Shown here: positions 30,199 through 40,004 of the stretch, one piece after another | Layout: every line of letters starts with the position of its first letter | How positions within the stretch are numbered: the first letter of the stretch is position 1 | NCBI GenBank assembly: GCA_963790205.1 | Contig: CAWBNQ010000003.1 | Coordinates: forward strand, 320,001-384,000 | Direction: 5' to 3' | Source of the DNA: Nitrospirota bacterium | GTDB taxonomy: Bacteria > Nitrospirota > UBA9217 | DNA length: 64,000 nucleotides | Made by a program: the position numbers and the translations under genes | The notes under the pieces: model-generated | Databases searched by the model: none | The model's input: only the letters and a program-made list of their open reading frames with translations | Told to the model about the DNA's origin: nothing

Positions 30199-30319
30199 AC
30201 GCATTTCTTTCCTGGTGCAAGGCGAACGGCCGGCAGGCGAACGGTGAAGCACGCGCCGAGTTCATCACTGAACTTCTCCGGCAGGGGCGGGGAAGGAAGA
30301 TCGGGGAATAAGATTTATC

Positions 30320-30880
30320 ATGATTAAGTACGACCTCTATAAATTATTAAAAGAAGAACTCGGCAACGGCTCGAAAGACCTCGTGACGCGGCCGTCGGGA
30401 GAGACCATCCGGCGGCGGATCGAGCGGGATGTCGAGAAGGAGCCGGAGGGAACGGTCATTGCGCTGGATTTTTCAAAGATCGGGATCATTGACTATTCCT
30501 GCGCGGACGAGATCGTCGCCAAGCTTATTTCGCGGCTCCTCTCCGGCGAGTATGGGGACAAGTATCTGCTGCTCCTTGGCCTGAACGAGAACCAGAAGGA
30601 GAACATCGAAGTGGCCCTGGAGCGGAAAACGCTGGCTATCGCCGCGGAGATGGGTGACGGAACCCGGACGCTCGTCGGGAGCCTGAACAACTATCTCAAG
30701 GAAACGCTGGACTTCATCCGGAAGAAAAAGAAGGTCTCTGCCAAGGACCTCTCGGCGGGTCTGAAGCTCGAAGCCAACACGAGCGGCACACGGCTGTTGA
30801 ACCTTCACAAAAAACGGCTTGTTCGAAGGACGGAAACGATCGGGGCCGAAGGGAAAGTATGGCTGTACGAGCCGCTCTGA
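30320..30880 (+). CDS. STAS-like (DUF4325-like) + winged-helix protein
   Basis: ALDFSKIGIIDYSCADEIV; SAKDLSAGLKLEANTSGTRLLNLHKKRLVRR wHTH. Confidence 0.75.
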   Translation: MIKYDLYKLLKEELGNGSKDLVTRPSGETIRRRIERDVEKEPEGTVIALDFSKIGIIDYSCADEIVAKLISRLLSGEYGDKYLLLLGLNENQKENIEVALERKTLAIAAEMGDGTRTLVGSLNNYLKETLDFIRKKKKVSAKDLSAGLKLEANTSGTRLLNLHKKRLVRRTETIGAEGKVWLYEPL

Positions 30881-30924
30881 GGCCAAATTCAATTGACGGC
30901 GAACAGTTATTGATGTTACAATAA

Positions 30925-31404
30925 ATGATAACTTTACCGAAGAACAAAATCGCGAAGATAGTCATTCTTTTCATCGCCGAGGGTGCCTATTCAGGCCGGT
31001 CTCCCTTCGCACCGGGTACCGCGGGGACCGTGGTCGGGGTACTCCTCTATCTTTTGGTAAAGGGACTCGCGCCTGCATGGTATCTTGCTGCGGCAGCGGC
31101 AGTAATCGTCACCGGCATCTGGACTGCAGGACGTGCCGAGGTCCTGCTCGGCAAGAAGGACGCCCAGTCCATCGTGATCGACGAGATCGCAGGGTATCTC
31201 GTGGCCATGTTTCTAGTCTCGTCCGGATGGGGATTCATCGCTGCGGGCTTTCTCCTGTTCCGTTTTTTTGATATCGTCAAACCCTGGCCGCTCAAGCGGC
31301 TTCAGGATCTGCACGGCGGCGTGGGCGTGATGCTTGACGATATCGGGGCCGGGATATATACGAACATCGTGCTGCAACTCGCGGCGGTATTGCTGAGACA
31401 TTAA
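30925..31404 (+). CDS. pgpA: Phosphatidylglycerophosphatase A
   Basis: APGTAGT, IVIDEIAG, FRFFDIVKPWP, GVMLDDI. Confidence 0.93.
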   Translation: MITLPKNKIAKIVILFIAEGAYSGRSPFAPGTAGTVVGVLLYLLVKGLAPAWYLAAAAAVIVTGIWTAGRAEVLLGKKDAQSIVIDEIAGYLVAMFLVSSGWGFIAAGFLLFRFFDIVKPWPLKRLQDLHGGVGVMLDDIGAGIYTNIVLQLAAVLLRH

Positions 31405-31463
31405 CCGCAGGGGACGCGTTCCCGCTGTTCTCTGCGACCTCTGTGGTGAAAAGGAAGTTTCTT

Positions 31464-32699
31464 ATGCGCGCTGAAATCATAGCCACGGGCACCGAGCTCT
31501 TATCGGGCGGCGTCCTCGATACGAATTCCCTGTTCCTTTCCGAGGAGCTGTTGCCCCTGGGCATCGAGACGGCCTACAAGACCGTTGTGGGCGATAATGA
31601 GAAGGACATGGAAGAAGCCTTCCGCAGGGCCATGGACCGCGTCGGGGTGCTGATCATCACCGGCGGGATCGGCCCGACCGAGGACGATATCACGCGCAAG
31701 GTGATCTCGAAGATCGTGAAGAAGCGCCTGGTGCTGAATGAGGACGCGCTCAAGGCCATACACGCCAAGCTCGCCGGCCGGGGCAGGGATGTAGTGGCGG
31801 CGAATGACCGTCAGGCATTGATCCCCGTCGGGGCGCGGCTGCTTCGGAACTCCGCGGGTATAGCGCCCGGTTTTTTTCTCGATGAAGAGAACACATTCAT
31901 CGCCGTGCTGCCCGGCGTTCCCCGTGAAATGCGGGCCATGTTCACCGAGGAACTGCGTCCGCTCCTCGAAGAGCGGTCCGGCGGAAAACACTTCATCAGA
32001 CGCAGGGTGCTCCATACCTGCGGCATGTCCGAGTCTGCCGTGAACCAGGCCATCCAGGACATTTTGAAGCGCGACGAGCCTGTCGTGGGCCTGACGGCCA
32101 AGGAAACGGGAGTCGACATCCGCATTGTTGCGCACGAAGCAAACGCCGAACAAGTTCAGGCGCTCGTGAACAGAACCGATGCCGCTATCCGGAAAAAGCT
32201 CGGCGACAGCGTCTATAGCGCGGACGGACAGGCCATGGAAGAGGTGGTAGGGGCCCTCTTGAAACAACGGCGGCTCAAGCTTGCCGTGGCCGAATCGTGC
32301 ACCGGAGGATTGATCGGCGCGCGGATCACGAATATCGCCGGAAGTTCGGAGTACTTCGAGCGCGGCGTGGTGACCTATAGCAATGCGTCAAAGACGGAGA
32401 TGCTCGGCGTGCCTGCGGAACTGATCGGGCGCCACGGCGCGGTGAGCAGTGAAGTTGCCGTTGCCATGGCGCAGGGGATCTTGCAGGCAGCGAAAACAGA
32501 CCTCGGACTTTCGGTCACCGGCATAGCCGGACCGGACGGCGGGAGCGAGCAAAAGCCCGTGGGGCTCGTTTACACGGCGCTCGCGAGCAGCCAGGGAGCA
32601 AAAACGGCCGAATACCGGTTCCTCGGCGACCGGGAGCAGATACGCGCGCGGGCCGCACAGATGGCGCTGGACATGGTGAGGCGGCACCTGATCGGATAG
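31464..32699 (+). CDS. cinA: Competence/damage-inducible protein CinA (with PncC domain)
   Basis: GTELLSG...DTNS, GGIGPTEDD, AESCTGG, TGIAGPDGG. Confidence 0.95.
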   Translation: MRAEIIATGTELLSGGVLDTNSLFLSEELLPLGIETAYKTVVGDNEKDMEEAFRRAMDRVGVLIITGGIGPTEDDITRKVISKIVKKRLVLNEDALKAIHAKLAGRGRDVVAANDRQALIPVGARLLRNSAGIAPGFFLDEENTFIAVLPGVPREMRAMFTEELRPLLEERSGGKHFIRRRVLHTCGMSESAVNQAIQDILKRDEPVVGLTAKETGVDIRIVAHEANAEQVQALVNRTDAAIRKKLGDSVYSADGQAMEEVVGALLKQRRLKLAVAESCTGGLIGARITNIAGSSEYFERGVVTYSNASKTEMLGVPAELIGRHGAVSSEVAVAMAQGILQAAKTDLGLSVTGIAGPDGGSEQKPVGLVYTALASSQGAKTAEYRFLGDREQIRARAAQMALDMVRRHLIG

Positions 32700-32708
32700 G
32701 CAAGATGT

Positions 32709-32788
32709 CCGACGGACGAGAGACGAGGGACGCAAAATCGTCCATCGTCCCGGCGAACGCAGTGAGCGGTCGTCTCTCGTCAATCGTA
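32709..32788. repeat. 7-nt-period inverted intergenic repeat (gacgagg/tcgtcc type)
   Basis: gacggacgagagacgagggacg facing tcgtccatcgtcc...cgtctctcgtc; similar array at 55251-55312. Confidence 0.65.
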
Positions 32789-32796
32789 TTTATTTT

Positions 32797-33354
32797 ATGA
32801 GGACTTTCATCGCCATAGAGATCCCCGAGGAGATTAAAAAGCAGATGGCGGAGGCGCAGCGCCGGCTGAAAGGCGCCGGCGTGGACGCAAGCTGGACGCG
32901 GTCCGAGGGCGTTCACCTGACGCTCAAGTTTCTCGGAGAAATTCCGGAATCGAAGGTCTCTGAAATCATGAGTGCGCTTACCGGCGCAGCAAGCGGCTCA
33001 GGCAGATTCCGGCTCGAAGTGGCAGGCGTAGGCGCCTTTCCGAACCCCGGAAACGCACGCGTGGTCTGGGTCGGGTTATCGGGTGATATTGAAAAACTGA
33101 CCGGGCTCCAGGCTGGTGTTGAAGATGCCATGGCCCGGCTCGGCATGAAGTGCGAGGAGCGGAAGTTCACGCCGCATCTCACGCTCGGACGCATCAAGTA
33201 CATCCGCTCGAAAGAAAGCTGGCTGGGCGCGCTGGAAGAGCTCAAGGACATCAAGTTTCCGGGGTTCGACGTGACGTCGGTGAGTCTGATGAAGAGCGAG
33301 CTCAGGCCGTCGGGCGCGGCGTATACGGAGATGGGCAGGGTGGAACTAAGATGA
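32797..33354 (+). CDS. thpR: RNA 2',3'-cyclic phosphodiesterase (2H family)
   Basis: Two HxT motifs: HLTLKFLG and PHLTLGR. Confidence 0.93.
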   Translation: MRTFIAIEIPEEIKKQMAEAQRRLKGAGVDASWTRSEGVHLTLKFLGEIPESKVSEIMSALTGAASGSGRFRLEVAGVGAFPNPGNARVVWVGLSGDIEKLTGLQAGVEDAMARLGMKCEERKFTPHLTLGRIKYIRSKESWLGALEELKDIKFPGFDVTSVSLMKSELRPSGAAYTEMGRVELR

Positions 33355-33426
33355 GTACAGAGTACAAACGTATTATATTGTGCATATGCTATTGACGAGC
33401 CGCGCTGCGGCGAAAGGAGATACATC

Positions 33427-34536
<1,110 letters not shown>

Positions 34537-35775
34537 ATGAACCTGAATGATCTGCTCAAATTAACATTTGAAAGACGCGCGTCCGATCTGCACGTCAAGG
34601 TGGGGGTGCCGCCGATCCTGAGGATCGATGGCAAGCTCATGCCGCTCGAGACCGAGAAGCGGCTGACCCAGGAAGATGCGATCGCAATCGCTTTCGGCAT
34701 CATGAACCCTATGCAGAAGGCGAAATTTAACGAGAAGAACGAGCTCGACATGGCCTACGCCGTCCCGGGCCTCGGACGTTTCCGCGTGAACGTGTTCAAA
34801 CAGCGCGGGAGCGTGGGCATGGTATTTCGGCTGGTCCCGGCCAAGATATTGAACTTCGACGAGCTCACGCTCCCCACCGTGCTCTCGAAGATCGCATCGG
34901 AGCAGCGCGGACTGATCCTGGTAACGGGCACGACCGGAAGCGGCAAATCAACGACCCTTGCCGCGATGATCGATTACATCAATACCTCGCGGACGGCGAA
35001 CATCGTTACGATCGAAGACCCCATCGAATTCCTGCATAGAGATAAAAAGAGCATCGTGAACCAGCGCGAGATCGGCAGCGACACGTTTTCGTTCAGCGAC
35101 GCGCTCCGCAGCGCGCTCCGTCAGGACCCCGACGTGATCCTCGTGGGTGAAATGAGGGACTTTGAGACCATCTCTACGGCGCTGACCGCGGCGGAGACCG
35201 GCCACCTTGTGCTCTCCACTCTCCATACGCTCGATGCGGCGGAAACGATCAACCGTATCATTACGGTCTTCCCTCCCTATCAGCAAAAGCAGGTCAGGAT
35301 GCAGCTTGCCTCGGTCGTCAAGGGAATCATGTCGCAGCGGCTCGTCTCCAGGGCGGACGGCAAAGGACGCGTGGCTGCGGTGGAAGTGATGCTCGGGACG
35401 CTTTCGGTGCGGGAAGCCATTATCGATGAGAACAAGACCCGCCAGATACCGTCGATCATTGCGTCCGGTATTACCCATTACGGCATGCAGACCTTCGACC
35501 AGTCGCTCCTCATGCTCTACAAAAAAGGGCTGATCACCTATGAAGAGGCGATCACGACGGCGAGCAATCCCGACGACTTCGCGCTGAAGGTCAAGGGCAT
35601 CCAGTCGACAAGCGATGTCGCGCTGGAAGACGAAGAGCGGCGGAAGGCAGGCTCGCAGAAGTTTGGAACAACGAAGCCGGGAGGTTTTTCTCCTCAAAAG
35701 CCGGGAGAGGCGAAGGAGTACAAGGCGCCTTCACAGGACACTGACTTCAAGATCGACCGGTTCGGGGACAAGTGA
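34537..35775 (+). CDS. pilT: Type IV pilus retraction ATPase PilT/PilU family
   Basis: GTTGSGKSTT, TIEDPIE, LRQDPDVILVGEMRD, GMQTFDQ. Confidence 0.92.
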   Translation: MNLNDLLKLTFERRASDLHVKVGVPPILRIDGKLMPLETEKRLTQEDAIAIAFGIMNPMQKAKFNEKNELDMAYAVPGLGRFRVNVFKQRGSVGMVFRLVPAKILNFDELTLPTVLSKIASEQRGLILVTGTTGSGKSTTLAAMIDYINTSRTANIVTIEDPIEFLHRDKKSIVNQREIGSDTFSFSDALRSALRQDPDVILVGEMRDFETISTALTAAETGHLVLSTLHTLDAAETINRIITVFPPYQQKQVRMQLASVVKGIMSQRLVSRADGKGRVAAVEVMLGTLSVREAIIDENKTRQIPSIIASGITHYGMQTFDQSLLMLYKKGLITYEEAITTASNPDDFALKVKGIQSTSDVALEDEERRKAGSQKFGTTKPGGFSPQKPGEAKEYKAPSQDTDFKIDRFGDK

Positions 35776-35796
35776 GCCAGTGCGGAATGCGGAGTG

Positions 35797-35882
35797 CGCC
35801 CTGCACTCGCGCTGCGCACACCCTGTATTCGCGGCAAGCACTCAAGGCACCGGGTGCGGGCTCGTGAACGCCGGGGGTGAAC
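35797..35882 (+). repeat. Two nested copies of the 43-nt mini-element
   Basis: Inner copy 35819-35861 interrupts an outer copy starting cgccctgcactcgcg. Confidence 0.6.
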
Positions 35883-35893
35883 GGAATTCGGAA

Positions 35894-36367
35894 TTGGAAG
35901 AAAAAGAACTGACGAGAGCAAAGAATGCCGCCTACCGTCTGCTCACCTACCGGCCGCGAAGCCGGGTCGAGCTTGAGGCTAAGCTTCGCGACAGGGAGTT
36001 TTCCGAAACGGCGGTCCAGGAAGTTATTGACAGCCTCGTGCTGCTCGGGTATGTGAATGACCTCCGGTTTGCCGCACAGTGGTCAGCCGGAAGGGTCAGG
36101 CTCAGCGGGTACGGCAGGCGCAGGATCGAGCAGGAACTCAGGAATAAAGGTGTCGCCGGCGATGTCATCAAAGAGGCGCTTGCTGGCATCTTCCTCGATA
36201 ACATTGAGATGGACACTGCGAAACAGGTGGCTGAGAAGAAGCTCAATACCATGAAGTCGGTTGACCGGGAAACCCGGCGTAGACGCCTTGCCGGTTTCCT
36301 GGAGCGAAAAGGCTTCTCCTACGATATCATCCGAACTGTGCTTAACACGGTAAGGGAGGGTGTATAA
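35894..36367 (+). CDS. recX: Regulatory protein RecX (start uncertain)
   Basis: AYRLLTYRPRS, GYVNDLRFA, FLERKGFS; position after recA. Confidence 0.9.
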   Translation: MEEKELTRAKNAAYRLLTYRPRSRVELEAKLRDREFSETAVQEVIDSLVLLGYVNDLRFAAQWSAGRVRLSGYGRRRIEQELRNKGVAGDVIKEALAGIFLDNIEMDTAKQVAEKKLNTMKSVDRETRRRRLAGFLERKGFSYDIIRTVLNTVREGV

Positions 36368-36425
36368 GGAGCGGCGCCAGCATATCAGGCTTACCAAGAC
36401 GATCAAGCGCATTGAGGTGTTTATG

Positions 36426-36641
36426 ATGTCTGACAATGAGATTGCACGCAGGTGTCAGCCCGGTGACTTGACTCTGACCGCACAACGGAAAAATCCTCTG
36501 AATAATTCGTGGCCAGATTGGTCCTTATGGGCTTGTACGATTTGTGGCAAATTAAAAGAAAATCAGGCTCATTTGCAGGAGGACCCTGAATGGCAAGTCT
36601 CTCTCCATGGGCAAATGCAACGGAAGAGTACGTTAAATTAA
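36426..36641 (+). CDS. Possible small protein with CxxC motif
   Basis: GAGGTG RBS before ATG; WACTICGK. Confidence 0.3.
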   Translation: MSDNEIARRCQPGDLTLTAQRKNPLNNSWPDWSLWACTICGKLKENQAHLQEDPEWQVSLHGQMQRKSTLN

Positions 36642-36847
36642 TTTACAGTTTAGATGCAAAGCAAACAAGAGGACTAATTGAACAAAGCCGGAATACGAGA
36701 CTGGGTAGTTAGTTTGGACAAGTGACGACTCTGGTGTTTTTTCTGACCGCTTACCTTGATAGGTAATGGCCTGTTGAAATTTTCCCTTGTTTCTGCTATT
36801 TTCCTACATTGCTACCTCGATATCCCCAGTATAGTAAGGAGTCTGCT

Positions 36848-39487
36848 TTGAAAGCGAACGATTTACGAAAAATGTTTCTCGACTATTTTGCAGCGCGGGG
36901 GCACAAGATCGTGCCGAGCTCGTCGCTCGTCCCGAAGAATGACCCGACGCTTCTCTTTACGAACGCCGGCATGGTCCAGTTCAAGGGTGTGTTCTTGGGC
37001 GAGGACGTTCGGGACTACAAGCGGGCCGTCACGTCGCAGAAGTGCGTGCGCGCCGGCGGCAAGCACAATGACCTCGAAAACGTGGGCCACACGGCCCGGC
37101 ACCACACCTTTTTCGAGATGCTCGGGAACTTCTCTTTTGGCGACTATTTTAAAAGGGACGCCATTGCCTTCGCCTGGGAATTTTTGACCGAGACCGTGAA
37201 GCTCCCGAAGGAGAAGCTCTGGGTCACGGTCTACAAGGACGACGACGAGGCCTTCGAGCTCTGGCAGAAGGTTGCCGGTGTCAAACCCGACCGAATTGTC
37301 CGGCTGGGCGAGAAGGACAACTTCTGGTCCATGGGAGACACGGGCCCCTGCGGGCCCTGCTCCGAGATCATCATCGACCAGGGCGAGGAGATTTCCTGCG
37401 GCAAACCGGGCTGCTCCGTTGGCTGCGACTGCGACCGGTACCTTGAGATCTGGAACCTGGTGTTCATGCAGTACAACCGCGACGAGACGGGCAAGCTCAC
37501 GCCGCTTCCGAAGCCCAGCATCGATACGGGCATGGGGCTGGAGCGTCTCTCGTCGGTCGTGCAAAAGGTGAGGACCAACTTCGAGACCGACCTCTTTCAG
37601 GCTATCATCAAGGAGATTGCGGCCGGGGCGGGCGTGGCATACCACAGGGACCAGCAGACCGACATCTCCTACCAGGTCTGCGCGGACCATCTCCGGGCCA
37701 TGACCTTCCTGATCTCCGACGGGGTTTTGCCGTCGAACGAGGGCAGGGGGTATGTTCTCCGGAGGATCATTCGCAGGGCAAGCCGCTACGGCAGGCTTAT
37801 CGGCATTACGAAACCCTTCCTGTACAAGCTCACGGGTGTGGTGGTAGATGTAATGCGCGAAGCCTATCCCGAGTTGGTTGACTCGCGCGAGCACGTGGCA
37901 AAAGTGGTGTTGATCGAAGAAGAGCGGTTTGTCGTCACCCTCGACTCCGGCCTTACCCTGTTAAATGAGACGGTTGCAAAGCTCAAAGCGGAAAAGAAGA
38001 ACAGTATCCCCGGCGTCGTGCTGTTCAAGCTCTATGATACGTTTGGATTTCCGCTTGATCTCGTGGCGGACATGGCGCGGGACCTGCACCTGGAGATCGA
38101 CGAGGAAGGTTACCGCAAGGCCATGCAGGAGCAGCGTGAGAAGGCGCGAGCGGCCTGGGCCGGTTCCGGTGAAGAGAAGATCAAACCGGTTTACAAGGAG
38201 ATCGCTGCAAGCGTCAAAAAGACGGTTTTCACCGGATACGAGACGCTCGAAGGCCCCGCGGAGATCGTCGCTATCATCAAAGGCGACAAACGGGTGGTGG
38301 AAGTGCACGAAGGCGAGGATGCGGAGGTCATTCTCGACCAGACGACCTTTTATGCCGAGTCCGGAGGCCAGGTCGGCGACAGGGGAGAACTCCTGGGCGA
38401 GGCGGCCAAGTTCGCAGTGAGCGATACGATCAAGCCCGTGGAAGGGATCTTCGTCCACAAAGGGAAGATGAAGAAGGGTGGCTTCAAGGTTGGCGATGCG
38501 GTGCTGGCAAAAGTCGAGGCAGAAGACCGGACGGACACCATGCGTCACCACACCGTGACCCATATCCTGCATGCCACGCTTCGCTCGGTACTGGGCGAAC
38601 ACGTGAAGCAGGCGGGCTCGCTGGTCGCGCCCGACCGGCTGCGCTTTGATTTTACGCACTTCACGGCCCTCTCGGAGCGGGAGAAGAAACGCGTCGAGGA
38701 ACTGGTCAATGACCGGATCATCGAGAACCATCCAGTCGAAACCATGGTGATGGACATCGATCAGGCCATCGCGACGGGGGCCATGGCTTTGTTTGATGAA
38801 AAGTACGGGGACACGGTGCGCGTGGTATCGGTCAAGGATGTGAGTAAGGAGCTCTGCGGCGGCACGCACACGCATGCGAGCGGAGACATCGGCGTATTCA
38901 AGATCCTTTCCGAAGTCGGCATCGCCGCCGGTATACGCAGGATCGAGGCGGTGGCCGGCCGGCACGCATACCGGGCATTTAAGCGCGAGGAACAGAGCCT
39001 TCGGGACATTGCGCAGCTGCTCAAGACAGCGGACCTCGACGTGGCCCCGCGCGTGGAGAAGTTGGTGGCCCAGGTCAGGGGGCTGGAAAAGGAGATTGAT
39101 CAGTTCAAGCATAAACTCCAGTCGTCACAGGCCGGCGACGTTGTCGCTGATGCGCAGACGATCAACGGCATCAAAGTCCTCGTCAAGCGCGCGGATGGCT
39201 TGGACCCCAAGGACTTGCGGGACTTCGGTGACAAGCTGAGGGACAAGCTCGGCTCGGGGATCCTGGCGCTTGGCTCGGCCAAGGACGGCAAAGTGACCCT
39301 GATTGTCATGGTTTCGAAGGACCTTACCGGCCGGTTTCATGCGGGTCATATCATCAAGGACATGGCGGTCATTCTCGGCGGCACCGGCGGAGGCAAGCCG
39401 GACCTTGCCCAGTCCGGGGGAAAAGACCCGGGGAAGCTGGACGAGGCGCTCGAAGCGCTGTATACTATAATCATGAAGAAAGATTGA
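36848..39487 (+). CDS. alaS: Alanine--tRNA ligase
   Basis: DPTLLFTNAGM, HHTFFEMLGNFSFGDYFK, ELCGGTH, GGGKPDLAQ; TTG start with AAGGAG. Confidence 0.99.
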   Translation: MKANDLRKMFLDYFAARGHKIVPSSSLVPKNDPTLLFTNAGMVQFKGVFLGEDVRDYKRAVTSQKCVRAGGKHNDLENVGHTARHHTFFEMLGNFSFGDYFKRDAIAFAWEFLTETVKLPKEKLWVTVYKDDDEAFELWQKVAGVKPDRIVRLGEKDNFWSMGDTGPCGPCSEIIIDQGEEISCGKPGCSVGCDCDRYLEIWNLVFMQYNRDETGKLTPLPKPSIDTGMGLERLSSVVQKVRTNFETDLFQAIIKEIAAGAGVAYHRDQQTDISYQVCADHLRAMTFLISDGVLPSNEGRGYVLRRIIRRASRYGRLIGITKPFLYKLTGVVVDVMREAYPELVDSREHVAKVVLIEEERFVVTLDSGLTLLNETVAKLKAEKKNSIPGVVLFKLYDTFGFPLDLVADMARDLHLEIDEEGYRKAMQEQREKARAAWAGSGEEKIKPVYKEIAASVKKTVFTGYETLEGPAEIVAIIKGDKRVVEVHEGEDAEVILDQTTFYAESGGQVGDRGELLGEAAKFAVSDTIKPVEGIFVHKGKMKKGGFKVGDAVLAKVEAEDRTDTMRHHTVTHILHATLRSVLGEHVKQAGSLVAPDRLRFDFTHFTALSEREKKRVEELVNDRIIENHPVETMVMDIDQAIATGAMALFDEKYGDTVRVVSVKDVSKELCGGTHTHASGDIGVFKILSEVGIAAGIRRIEAVAGRHAYRAFKREEQSLRDIAQLLKTADLDVAPRVEKLVAQVRGLEKEIDQFKHKLQSSQAGDVVADAQTINGIKVLVKRADGLDPKDLRDFGDKLRDKLGSGILALGSAKDGKVTLIVMVSKDLTGRFHAGHIIKDMAVILGGTGGGKPDLAQSGGKDPGKLDEALEALYTIIMKKD

Positions 39488-39663
39488 GCCGGGTGGGATG
39501 GGGTTTGGACGACAAAACAGGGAGCCCGGTCGGATAAAAAAATATTTATTTCAAGAACCCGGAGCCTCAAACAGCTTTTTCCCTTATGAATTGTGCTAGA
39601 CTTGTAATCGTAAGACCCTAGGTACGCAGAGGATAGCAGAAAACCACTTGCAAGGAGGGTACC

Positions 39664-39984
39664 ATGACGGTTGCGGAGATTATCAAGAAGGCAATGCTGG
39701 CAGGTCTGGGTGCGCAGGAAAAGGCGAAGGAATTTGTCGACGAACTGGTCAAGGCCGGTGAGCTTTCCAAGAGCGATGCCTCGTCGCTCGTAAAAGAATG
39801 GGTTTCCAAGGCAGAGGAAAGCCGCAAGGACCTGGACACCAAGATCAAGGACGCGATGGCGGCCGCGATGGAGAAGCTCAACATCCCGAGCCGAGACGAC
39901 ATCGAAAAGATGGAAAAGAAGCTCCAGAATATCTCCGCGAGGCTTACGAAAATTGAAGGCGGTGATGGGAAAGGCGGGGCTTAG
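39664..39984 (+). CDS. Phasin-family protein
   Basis: KKAMLAGLG...FVDELVKAGEL...LNIPSRDDI. Confidence 0.8.
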   Translation: MTVAEIIKKAMLAGLGAQEKAKEFVDELVKAGELSKSDASSLVKEWVSKAEESRKDLDTKIKDAMAAAMEKLNIPSRDDIEKMEKKLQNISARLTKIEGGDGKGGA

Positions 39985-40004
39985 CGCACCGCCCCGGAGC
40001 GCCC

